Source: Chrysiogenes arsenatis DSM 11915
GTDB taxonomy: Bacteria; Chrysiogenota; Chrysiogenetes; Chrysiogenales; Chrysiogenaceae
DNA length: 64,000 bases
Assembly: GCF_000469585.1 (NCBI RefSeq)
Contig: NZ_AWNK01000004.1
Coordinates: 40,311 to 104,310 of the forward strand
Direction of reading: 5' to 3'
Shown here: piece by piece, positions 41,438 through 52,900 of the stretch
Layout of the letters: each line of letters opens with the position of its first letter
How positions within the stretch are numbered: position 1 is the stretch's first letter
Notes under the pieces: model-generated
What the model saw: only the letters and a program-made list of their open reading frames with translations
Databases searched by the model: none
What the model was told of the DNA's origin: nothing
Program-made: the position numbers and the translations under genes

Positions 41438-43060
41438 CTACAGTGCTTCTACGTCAAACTGAATGCCGAGTTCCTGCAACAGGCTACCATCCGAAAGCTG
41501 AAGACTGATTTTTGCCAGTTCATATTGAATCTCGGCATCCACCATACGGATTATACCCACGTTGAGATTATCTTCGCGCTCAATCATATCAATGTAGCGC
41601 GCTACACCGCGGTCAAACCGTTCCCGCTCAATTTCAAGCAGTTCCTTGAGGACAGTGGTATTCTGCCGATGACGATCCAACTCTTGATACGCTTGATCTA
41701 CCTGTGCAAGCCGCAACTGAAGTTGATTTGAAAGGTCTACCTTTACCGCTTCAGCCTGATATTGATTTTGGGTAATTCGTGAAAGCGCTATGGATTCTTT
41801 CGAACGCGCACTTTGATTACCACCTAAAGGGATGGAAAACTCAACACCAGCATACCAGTTGGGATAACGCTCCGAAAATGCTTCTTCAAAAGTTCTGCCG
41901 TAGCGCTCATCATACCGAAGGCTACTTTGGCCATAGCCCGCAACAAAATCGAGTTTTGGACGCAACTCATCGCGGGCTATCGCCAGAGAATGTTCTTCCA
42001 GCGCAATACGTTCTATTGCAATTCCGTAATTCGGCCAAACACTGAGAACCTGCTCAAAGTAAGTCTGAAAACTTTCCGGCTGTTGCCACGCGGTAGTGTC
42101 AGGCTCTGAAGTCGTCTGAAAAACAACGTGCTGATATTCATTGGCTGAGAGGTTGAGAACCCCCTTAATCGCACTTTTCACTTGTTCATACCCGCGCTCT
42201 ACGACAAATGATTCTGCCTGACGAAGTAGAAGGGTAGAACGGGCTTCGGTCATAGCAGTTTGCGGTAAGCGCCCAGCTTGCACGCGCCGCTCAATATCGG
42301 TGAGGATATTATTCGCATTTTTCAATGAATCTGCATTCAAAGCTTTCATCTGTTCGGCACGGTACAGCCGCCAGTAGAGGCTGAGCGCATCGTATGACTT
42401 ACTCAGAATCTGTTGCTGAGTTTCCTGTTTGCGGATTTCAATCTGTTTTTCTGATTGTGCGATCCGATTCTCAATTTGAGCCGCCCCAAATCCGCGCAAA
42501 ATTGGTTGACGGATACGGAAATTCAGCGAACCGACATTGTCGTTAATCCCAGTAGGATCATTCACCGAGCTCGTATTATTATAGCGTTTATGCCCTTCAT
42601 ATTCGACAGAGACCTCAGCCCCAGAAACGACTAACGTGCGCACGCCAAACTGAAAACGACCATTGCGGTCTATCGTCGTGTCATTAGGGGCTAACGGATT
42701 ATTTTCGGTTTTTCGCTCATCAGCACGGAGTATTGAAAAAAATTCCATCTCGTATGCGGCGCGATCATGCTGTAGTTGCGCCTCAGCAATTTTTTTCTGC
42801 TCTGCACTTACGAGCACCTCAGGATTGCGTAGGAGCACAAGGTGCACGAAAGACTCTTTATTTAGAGCCACAGCACCTTGTTGTATTTGCGTCAGCACTT
42901 GTTCGTGGCGATTCATGTCACCATGAGAAGGTTGACTCTCGGCCCACGCGGGAATGGCCAGACACGCTGCCGAAACCGCTAAACCTGCAAAAACTTTTTG
43001 GGGGCAAGAAAGTATATTCCGTATCATCGTCAACCTCTTTGTATCGGCATAGATGGCCAT
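41438..43060 (-). CDS. TolC-like outer-membrane efflux factor
   Basis: Signal peptide. 540 aa with the two-fold repeated helical/beta structure and coiled-coil-rich Q/L/E/R repeats typical of outer-membrane factors. 4 nt upstream of the MFP gene. Confidence 0.85.
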   Translation of the reverse strand: MAIYADTKRLTMIRNILSCPQKVFAGLAVSAACLAIPAWAESQPSHGDMNRHEQVLTQIQQGAVALNKESFVHLVLLRNPEVLVSAEQKKIAEAQLQHDRAAYEMEFFSILRADERKTENNPLAPNDTTIDRNGRFQFGVRTLVVSGAEVSVEYEGHKRYNNTSSVNDPTGINDNVGSLNFRIRQPILRGFGAAQIENRIAQSEKQIEIRKQETQQQILSKSYDALSLYWRLYRAEQMKALNADSLKNANNILTDIERRVQAGRLPQTAMTEARSTLLLRQAESFVVERGYEQVKSAIKGVLNLSANEYQHVVFQTTSEPDTTAWQQPESFQTYFEQVLSVWPNYGIAIERIALEEHSLAIARDELRPKLDFVAGYGQSSLRYDERYGRTFEEAFSERYPNWYAGVEFSIPLGGNQSARSKESIALSRITQNQYQAEAVKVDLSNQLQLRLAQVDQAYQELDRHRQNTTVLKELLEIERERFDRGVARYIDMIEREDNLNVGIIRMVDAEIQYELAKISLQLSDGSLLQELGIQFDVEAL

Positions 43061-43081
43061 GGCTCAAAAAAATATAAACTT

Positions 43082-43120
43082 ACCACCGTAAACTCCATTT
43101 ATTATAGAGATTACGGTGGT
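43082..43120 (-). terminator. Strong hairpin between sapC and the tolC-like gene. Candidate intra-operon attenuator or partial terminator.
   Basis: Perfect 10-bp inverted repeat ACCACCGTAA / TTACGGTGGT with a 19-nt loop. The minus-strand transcript continues AAGTTTATATTTTTTTGAG. Confidence 0.4.
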
Positions 43121-43128
43121 GAATGTTT

Positions 43129-43875
43129 TTATGACTCAGCGATTACAGGCTCTGTTTCACCTGGCTTCAGGCTCGTCTGCCCATCTTTTAGCATCGCCAA
43201 GCGTTCAAGTTGGCTGAGTGAGGTTAAATGAGCAAAGATAGGCGCAAAGTAGCGCTTTTCGCGTATTTCAAGAAAGCGCTTATCGGAAAGATTATTCAAA
43301 CGCTCCTCATTGATCACATAACAACCAGTTACGTTGCGAATCTGCCCACCGTAGCGCACACGCATACTGAGCGGAGTAAAGAGATTATTTTCAGCCATGA
43401 ACGTACAGAATGCCTTCGTGAAGATCTCCATTTGTTGCATTTCGCCAAGGTATTTTTTTACATTGTCGATGATCACGGTTGGCTCACCTTTTTCAAACAA
43501 CGCTTGGCCATCTTTTGTCCCAACACAGTCCGCATCTTCATCAATGCAAACTGTAAATTGATCAGCTTGATCACTTTTAGCGAGGGCAAAAGGGTAACGG
43601 CGGATAATGGCTGGCACATATGAAGCCTTCCAACTCCCATCTTCAGCGATAAATAGATTTTCTCCGGCATCAAGGCCAAACATCACAACAGGCTTAAATT
43701 CATCCTGCTCTTTGTCTTCAAGGAAAACAATCGGATACACCGATGCCGCCCGAGCAAATTCATGCACCATGAGTGACGCAATATGAAACTTACTGGCAAA
43801 GGCAAAGCTGCTAATAGGTGTCACTTTTGTCTTCGCATGTTTGTCCTTGTTAAGCGGAACCAATTTTTTAAACAT
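43129..43875 (-). CDS. SapC-family protein
   Basis: 248 aa, co-linear with SapC-family (PF07277-type) proteins (..FARAASVYPIVF.., ..AIIRRYPFAL..). GGAGG RBS. 26 nt downstream of the giant gene. Confidence 0.7.
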   Translation of the reverse strand: MFKKLVPLNKDKHAKTKVTPISSFAFASKFHIASLMVHEFARAASVYPIVFLEDKEQDEFKPVVMFGLDAGENLFIAEDGSWKASYVPAIIRRYPFALAKSDQADQFTVCIDEDADCVGTKDGQALFEKGEPTVIIDNVKKYLGEMQQMEIFTKAFCTFMAENNLFTPLSMRVRYGGQIRNVTGCYVINEERLNNLSDKRFLEIREKRYFAPIFAHLTSLSQLERLAMLKDGQTSLKPGETEPVIAES

Positions 43876-43901
43876 TCTTGTCCTCCATAACGATATGAAA
43901 T

Positions 43902-46900
43902 TTAAAACTCAAATTCTTCCTCTGTGTAGAAGTCGAAAATGAAACTATCTTGAATACTTGAGCCAAAGCTCGAAAACTGGAAGTCTCCATAGAAGTTAAC
44001 CACCTTGCTGGAAGTATACGGCATTTGCAGGTTGAAACCTGGCTCTAAGCCTACTGGCGCTTGCTGCATAAATCCAAAGTCGAAGTTGATGCCACCAAAC
44101 ATTCCGTCAGAGATGCCAAGATCGCTCAAGTTCATAAAGGAACTCATGGTGGCTTTCTGTAAACGTGACAAGCTTGCATGATCAAGGAATGTTGTCGCAT
44201 TGTGCAAACGCAGAGCATCCATATTTTCTATCGATAATTCTTGGATTGTTTTACTTGCACTAGCCGAAGCGCCTCCCCCTTGAGATCCACTGAAGCGCAC
44301 TGACTCAAAAGCACTCAATTTGAATTCCGCTCTCACTGGACCATGAACAACGGCGTGATTACCCACAGAAATCACGTACACTCGCTGATCAATACCACGG
44401 ATACCAAATATATAGCTATCACCAGTAGCATCATCAACAACACTATACAGTTGCCCAGGACCGACAATGCCATGAATCTGCGCTGCATCTATCTTCAGTA
44501 AGTCAGCGCGGATAGCTTCAAGTTGAGGTATCAGGCTTGCTACTGGCTGATCAATAAAAAACGGTATCGTCTTGATAAACACCTGATTGGCAACAATATT
44601 GGCTGCTTGTGTCCCGAGCGAACTCTGGATACGATATTCCGAACTTTCAAGCCACACATCACCACCCGTCGCAACGTGAGCAATCAACAAAATACTATCG
44701 GTCGAGGTAAAGTAAATATCGCCTCGCTCTGATAATGTCTGTGCACTTGCTTTCATCTCTATGACCGGAGCCGTGTAACGAACTTCCCCCTGCCCCGTCA
44801 GCGACAGAGTGGCCTCTTGCACAATACTTTTTCCAGATGAAAGGACAACGGTACTATCGACGCCTGAGATATTCATAGCAAGAATCAGTGAACCATGTAC
44901 GGCATGGAGTTCGATAGTGCCATGACTACTCGTTCCATTCAGCATTGAATCCGTAATTTCTTCAACAAGAGCTTCATTGGTCATCCGCAGCACCGTTAGC
45001 TCACCGAACTGGTCATTATCACCAATGCGCAAATCTTCTTGGGCGGCAAGGAAGATACCACCATGACCAATATCCGCACTCAGTGAATCGACTTCAACCA
45101 CAAAAGGACGCCCTGATTCACCAAGTTGACTACCAGTAACCCGCAGATACTTTGCTAGGATATTCACGGTACTTGAAGGAGCACTGGTTATGACGCCACC
45201 AACCAGACTGACCGCAGTTGGAGTTGTTACATGAGAGATGGACATACTGTGAGTTGCTTCGATGCGAATATTGTTCTGAGTTTGCAATAGAGCTTTAGCT
45301 GTCATGGAGACTGATTGGGCACTAATGTCGAGCGTCGCATCTCCTGTAATATGAACCAGACTGTCGATAAACTCCACATTGCCGTTCCGCGCTAACAACG
45401 ACACATTACCACTGCTGGCAATGTCGCTCTGCACGATAATGGATCCATTTTCAACTTCTATTTGTAAGTGCTCGCCAGAGAAATTCAACGCACCATCAAG
45501 TATAAAGTTTCGCTGCTCACCGGAAACGCCTGCCTGCACCATTATGACAGTTACGGTGTCGGTTGCCAATTCAAGCTCAGACAAACGCAGATCACCACTA
45601 GTGGTAATGGTATTTAACCCCGCTATGGTGAATACCCCCTGCAGGGTAGTAGTCCCGCCACTGTGAGCACTTAGATCGCCACCAACCGTGAGGTTTCCTT
45701 CAATTGTCAAAGTTTCATCGGTTTTGATAGTCGTGTCACCGGTGATAGTGATTGCATCGCTGAGTATTACTGCTCCGGTTCCGGTGATAGCAAGGTCGCC
45801 GCCAATCTCTAGTGTGCCTTCGACGGTAGTTGCTCCGCCGACTGTCAGGGTAACATTGGCGCTGGTGAAAGTTCCTTCTATCAGCAGGGCATCGGTTGAT
45901 GTTAGTTCAGTACTTCCTTCAACGATAAAGATTCCGTCTAGGATGCTCTCGCCTGCACTGCTTGTGGTAAGGGCGCCACCAACAGTGAAGTTTCCTTCAA
46001 GTGTCAGGTCAGCATCGGTCTCGATAGTCGCGTCACCAATAATAGTGATTGTATCGTTGAGCATCACCGCTCCGGTTCCGGTGATAGCAAGGTCGCCGCC
46101 AATATCTAGTGTGCCTTCGACGGTAGTTGCTCCGCCGACTGTCAGGGTAATGTTGGCGCTGGTGAAAGTTCCTTCTATCAGCAGGGCACCGGTTGATGTT
46201 AGTTCAGTACTTCCTTCAACGATAAAGGTTCCATCTAGGATGCTCTTGCCAACACTGCTTGTGATGAGGGCGCCACCAACAGTGAAGTTTCCTTCAATCG
46301 TCAGGTCGGCATCGGTCTCGATAGTCGCGTCACCGCTAATGGTGATTGCATCGCTGAGCATCACCGCTCCAGTTCCGGTGATAGCAAGGTCGCCGCCAAT
46401 ATCGAGCGTACCTTCGACTGTAGTTGCTCCACCGACTGTCAGGGTGACGTTGGCACCGCTGAAGGTTCCGGTAATCGATAAGTCTGCTTTCGCATCGATA
46501 GTCGTGTCACCGCTAATGGTGATTGCATCGCTGAGTATTACTGCTCCGGTTCCAATGATAGCAAGGCTGCCTGCAACATCCAGCTCACCTTCGATAGTGG
46601 TTGTTCCGCCGATTGTCAGGGTGACATTGGCGCTGGTGAAAGTTCCTTCTATCAGCAGGGCACCGGTTGATGTTAGTTCAGTACTTCCGTCAACGATAAA
46701 GGTTCCATCTAGGATGCTCTTGCCAACACTGCTTGTGATGAGGGCGCCACCAACAGTGAAGTTTCCTTCAAGTGTCAGGTCGGCATCAGTCTCGATAGTC
46801 GCGTCACCGCTAATGGTGATTGCATCGCTGAGCATCACCGCTCCGGTTCCGGTGATAGCAAGGTCGCCGCCAATATCTAGTGTGCCTTCGACGGTAGTTG

Positions 46901-49900
46901 CTCCGCCGACTGTCAGGGTAACGTTGGCGCTGGTGAAAGTTCCTTCTATCAGCAGGGCACCGGTTGATGTTAGTTCAGTACTTCCGTCAACGATAAAGGT
47001 TCCGTCTAGGATGCTCTTGCCAACACTGCTTGTGATGAGGGCGCCACCAACAGTGAAGGTTCCGGTAATCGATAAGTCTGCTTTCGCATCAATGTTGATG
47101 TCACCGTCAATGGCTATTGCATTACTGAGTATCACCGCTCCGGTTCCAGTGATATCAAAGTTGCCAGCAACATCCAGCTCACCTTCAATAGTGGTTGCTC
47201 CACCAACTGTCAGGGTGACGTTGGCACCGCTGAAGGTTCCAGTAATCGATAAGTCTGCTTTCGCATCGATGTTGGTGTCACCGTCAATGGCGATTGCATT
47301 ACTGAGTATCACCGCTCCGGTTCCAGTGATGCCAAGGTTGCCAGCAACATCCAGCTCACCTTCGATAGTGGTTGTTCCGCCGACTGTCAGGGTGACCTTG
47401 GCACCGCTGAAGGTTCCGGTAATCGATAAGTCTACTTTCGCATCGATGTTGGTGTCTCCGTCAATGGCGATTGCATTACTGAGTATCACTGCTCCGGTTC
47501 CAGTGATATCAAAGTTGCCAGCAACATCCAGCTCACCTTCAATGGTAGTTGTTCCTCCGACAGTCATGGTGACGTTGGCACCGTTGAAATCTCCGTCAAT
47601 CGTCAGGGCTGCATCAGTATCGATAGTCGTGTCACCGGTGATAGTGATCGAATCGCTGAGCATTACCGCTCCAGTTCCGGTGATGCCAAGGTTGCCGCTA
47701 ATATCCAATGTGCCAGCGACTGCGGTTGTTCCACCGACTGCCAAGGTGACGTTGGCGCCAGTAAAGGTTCCGATAATCGCCAAGCCTGCTTTCGCATCGA
47801 TGGTCGTGTCACCGGTGATAGTGATCATATCGCTGAGCGTTACCGCTCCGGTTCCGGTGATGCCAAGGTTGCCGCTAATATCCAGTGTACCAGCGACTGC
47901 GGTTGTTCCACCGACTGTCAGGGTGACATTGGCACCGCTGAAGGTTCCGATAATCGCCAAGCCTGCTTTCGCATCGATAGTCGTGTCACCGCTAATGGTG
48001 ATTGCATCGCTGAGCGTTACCGCTCCGGTTCCGGTGATAGCAAGGTTGCCTGCAACATCCAGCTCACCTTCAATAGTGGTTGCTCCACCGACTGTCAGGG
48101 TGACGGCGGCGCCGGTAAAGTCTCCTTCTATCAGCAGGGCACCGGTTGATGTTAGTTCAGTACTTCCTTCAACGATAAAGGTTCCGTCTAGGATGCTCTT
48201 GCCAACACTGCTTGTGATGAGGGCGCCACCAACAGTGAAGTTTCCTTCAAGTGTCAGGTCGGCATCGGTCTCGATAGTCGCGTCACCGCTAATGGTGATT
48301 GTATCGCTGAGCATCGCCGCTCCGGTTCCGGTGATAGCAAGGTCGCCGCCAATATCGAGCGTACCTTCGACGGTAGTTGTTCCTCCGACTGTCATGGTGA
48401 TGTTGACACCAGTGAAATCTCCATCTATCGTCAAGTCTGCTTTCGCATCGATGTTGGTGTTGCCGTCAATGGTGATTGCATTGCTAAGTGCAACGTTTCC
48501 GGTTCCGGTGATGCCAAGGTCGCCGGTACTCACCAGCCTACCTTCGACGTTAGTTGCGCCTCCGACAGTCATGGTGACACCACCGCCGGTGTATCTCCCT
48601 TTAAGTGTTAAATCATTTGTGGCAGAAAGGTTGCTACTTCCTGTTGTGCTAAAAGTACCGCGCAAGATACTTGCACCATCGCTGTTCGCGACGAAGTCGC
48701 CAGCAACGGTTAACTCGCCTATGATTGTCAGGTCTGCTTTCGAATCGATGGTCGTGTCACTGCGCAGCTTGAAATCACCAATAAGAACCATATTGCCCTG
48801 ACTGTTGATTGTACTGGTGCCGCTTACCGTGAGTGACAGCGCACTTGCCTGATTGCTGGTGAGCGCTCCAAGGGTATCAATGTGCAACGTTCCGGCAACT
48901 GCATTTCTACCAAAGAGGTACGTGTCGCCATCTATAAAGAGCGTCGCATCACCGTTGAGCGTAGTGACGTTCAGGCTCGCAATGCGCACCTCGCTCTGAG
49001 TATTTGCGCCAAGGGAAATATCGCCATTGGTGGCGCGCATGGTGGTTTTGCCACCAAGTCGCAATACATCATCGGTATCATTGGCCAGTGCTATTGATTG
49101 GGCGGTGAATGAGTTATCGCCCGTCACGATAAGCTGTGTACTGGCGCCAGCGGTAATACTCTCTGGCGTAGTCACATTAAGGCGTCCCGCCGTATTGCTG
49201 CCTACAAACGTCACGGCATTATCAAGTTCCAATACCACTGCGCCAGCACTGTTGACCGTCAAGGTTCCGGCAGAGAAAAAGTCACCAACAGCATTGCCAA
49301 GACGAATTTCCCCGCCAGAGAATGCGGCATGACCTGTAATCGTAAGTTGTGCTTGCGTCAGGTTGGAAAGCACATTGACCGCTTGCGCACGAAGATCTCC
49401 ACCGACAGTGATATTCGATAGGGTTAAATTGTTGGCAGCCTTCAAATGGACATTTTTGGCTTGATGCACCGTCACGGCACCACCAAAGTTATGACTATTG
49501 TCAAATACAATATCCGATGCCGCATCAGCCGTGAGCTTTGTGATTCCCGTGACCGACAACTTGCCCGTCGCGCCATCATTAAGAGAACCCGATACCACCA
49601 GTTCTAGTGTTTTAGCAGTGCTTTCCCCCGCTAACACCATATCGCCATCGTGTGTTATGCGCACATTGCCATTGCTCACAAAGGTCAGAGTGCCAGTAGT
49701 GAAGGAATCGGTATCGATAGTAACGGCACTGCCTGAGAAACGGGAATTCTCTTCAACCGCAATCTGCGCCCCCTCTAGAGTACTCAGCTCATGAACCGCT
49801 GTCGCAACAAGATTGCCGGTGACGGTCAGATTTGCCAGTGTCAAGGTATTCACATCGCTGAGTGTTACATTCCGAGCGCCGAGCACGGTCACTGCGCCAC

Positions 49901-52900
49901 CAAAGTTGTGCGCGTTATCCAAAATGATATCGGCAGTCTCCGTTGCCTGCAGTGTTGTGGAGCCTGTAACCGTCAGGGTAGCATCAGTTCTGTTGGTAAC
50001 GGTGCCTTGTGCCGTCAAAGAAAGATTACCGCCGGCAAAGCTTGCACCGGCTAAGGTGAGCGGTGCGCTTTGGGTAATCACAACATTGCCAGTGGTACTG
50101 AATTGGAGTGCACCAAACGTAACATTTGATTCCGTGCCAATCACAATATCCGAACCGTCGCCAACCAGCAACGCTACCACACCAGCGACATCAATAGTCA
50201 CGTTAGCTTCGGTTTCAATACTTCCATCCGTTTCTAGGATAAGATCATTCGTCACATTCACAGCACCAAGATGAATAGACTGGGTATTTTTTAACGCCAC
50301 ATCATACGCATTGGTTATATGAATCGCACCACCCAGACTATGATTATTGTCAAGGTGGATAGCTTTTTCGTCTGCCACACGAAGTAATGTAGCGTTGATA
50401 ACGTGAAGCACACCGGTATCACCATCCGTGATATTGCCCGTCGCATGTAACGTCAGTTGCTGAGTAGAACTCGCTTGCAACAGGAGTAGATCACCCGTGT
50501 GAGAGATCTCAACCGCACCCGTCGTCGTAAATTGCAGCGAGCCAAAACGTGCCGTTACCGGCTCATCAATCGTAATATCTGCCCCACTGCCCGCCGTGAA
50601 AGAGGCGTGACCAAGTACGGTAATAATTGTTTCATTGCGTGTACCGATCGCACCATCCACTGTCGTCAGCACCAGTGACCCGGCTGTATTATTACCTGTC
50701 ATGATGGCATCAGCACCAGCCGCTACGTTTACAATAACCTCGCCCTCACTGGAAAACCGCATGGTTTCGGTGCTAAAATTATTCTCAATACCCAAAGTAA
50801 TGCTGGCAGCGGTAACATCTGTCAATCCACCAACTTCAATGGTATCCACTTGGCTTACGTGCCCGCCAGCATGAACTTTCAAATCACTATTGCTAGTAAT
50901 TGCGCCTAGCTTTACGTCATCAATATCAGCAATCGAAATGGCATGCTCGCCATCATTCAAAATCAATACAACGCCAGTAAAGTTATTTGTACTATTAGTT
51001 AAAGCAATCTCACCCGCCTGAGTGGTAAACGTTACCAAACCAGCATTGAGAGCTTGTACCAATGCGCCCGTTTGCGTTATGGCACCGGTGGCCGCAATGG
51101 TTAACGACCCACTCCCCACACTTGATGTCCCCAACTCCAGTGCTCCATCCTGCGTCAGCGTAACCGCATAGTCACCAGAGTTATGTAAATGCACCGTACT
51201 CGCGAACTGATTCGAAGTATCATCAAGTGTTATAACCCCAGCACCCGCGCTCAGGTGTGCCACTCCACCCACCGTAATGGCGCCAGACTGCACAATTCCT
51301 TGACCAGCTACGCGCAAGTCACCACGTATCGATGAGACACCCAATTCAAGTTGCTCATTTGTTGCTACCGTGACATTCGCACCTATCAACGCCACCGCAC
51401 CAACAAAGCGGTTTTGCGCATCAGTCAGCGTGATGTCAAATCGTTCATCACCACTTGCGGCAGTGATGCGACTCTCACCACTAATCACCATAACCCCTGC
51501 TTGCGAAATCACACCATGAGCATAAATATCCATATCACCTGTTATCGTAAGCTCTCCAAGTTCCAGCGCACGGTTGTTCACAATGTTAGCGCTCGCTGCC
51601 ACAAGGGACACATTACCCGAAAACTCGTTTGCTAGATTCTCAAGTACAACCGACCCCGTTGCATGGAGTGCCATATCACCACTGACGTCTAACGCGCCAG
51701 ATTGTGTAATATTTCCTGCTGTCACAACGGTGAAGTCGCCACTTATGGTTGATGCACTCAGTTGAGTGTTCAACATATTGTGCACGGTTACATTGTGCGC
51801 ATTAGCAAACGTCACAGAACCGGCCAGGCGATTATTTTCATTTTCCAGAAGAACATTCGATCCCGCCGTGACCGTGAGTAGCGTCGTACCACCCACCTCT
51901 AGCCAAGCCGCAGTATTTGCTAAAATTCCACCAACCGTTGACGAGAGAGCGACACCTCCTGTCACCACACTCTGCCCCGTGAGGGTGATCGCCGAACCCG
52001 TATCGCAAAGCGTAACGTCCGTTGCCTTCAATTGCAGTAATCCGGACGTGAACCCATCGCTATCATCAATTCCCAGTGTAATATCAGTTGTGGCCGTCAA
52101 GTCAGCAAGCCCCGCCACACTAATAGCCGTTCCGGTAGCCTGTATAATCGCACCAGCAGTCGCATCGAGTGTGAGCGAGCCACTGAGCGTCACATTCGCC
52201 AGCGAGACTGACTGATCCACGAGAGATGCATTTTTGCCACGCAAGGCCACTGAGCCAGTAAAGTTATTGCCTACATGAGTTAAGGTAATATCATAATCGG
52301 TTATGCCATCAAGACTACGAGCCTCTATCTCACTCCAACCGGTAACAGTAAGTGAACCACTTTGAGTAATATCGCCCGCCGCACTTATATCGAGATCTCC
52401 ACCAACCTGACTTTCAAGCAGTGTCAACGCCTGTTGATTCTGCAACGTTACATTTCCGCTGACATCAAGCTGTAAACTATCCGTTGCCAGTGTTGTCCCT
52501 GAAGCCTGTGCCACATCACCAGTGGCTAGAATAGTTAGGTTTCCATCAACTACGGTATTGCCGAGTGTAAGCCCGTGCGTCGTAATCAGGCTCAGATTGC
52601 TGGCAGAAGTCGCGACAGCTTTCAGAGTAAGCGTGGTGCCATACACGGTAGTGTCCGTATGTAACATTGCAGCCGCATCCAGCGACGCGCCCACAGTAAC
52701 CACACCACTAGCCGTTTCGTTGCCCTGCCATTCACCTCCGGCCTTTTCAAGATGACCGAAAATGAACTGGCTAAAGCCATGAGAATTTGCCAGCATCGAA
52801 TTGCTGATATTCAGCGCATCGCCAGCACTTACGCCAATATTCACGTTGCGCTCAGCGCTATACGCTCCGATGATCAACTCGGAACCATCACTTCCGGTGA

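Noticed and set aside
43902-46000. Looked for RTX nonapeptide repeats (GGxGxDxUx) and a classical T1SS C-terminal signal in the giant protein
   Set aside because: No GGxGxD motifs occur in the C-terminal ~700 residues, so I do not call it an RTX/T1SS substrate. The protein is described only as a giant beta-helical repeat protein.
45688-48801. 1,037-aa plus-strand ORF (and many others at 49027-49332, 49813-50274, 51766-52215, 52972-53436, 54604-55068, 56103-56945, 61266-62111, 62608-63024) antisense to the giant gene
   Set aside because: They lie wholly inside the 20-kb minus-strand ORF. Their translations are low-complexity P/S/V/A-rich mirror images of the sense-strand repeats (..SITAPVPVIARSPPISSVPSTVVAPPTVRV.. 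repeated), which is the signature of shadow ORFs kept open by the skewed codon composition and the tandem repeats. No RBS or independent start context is visible.
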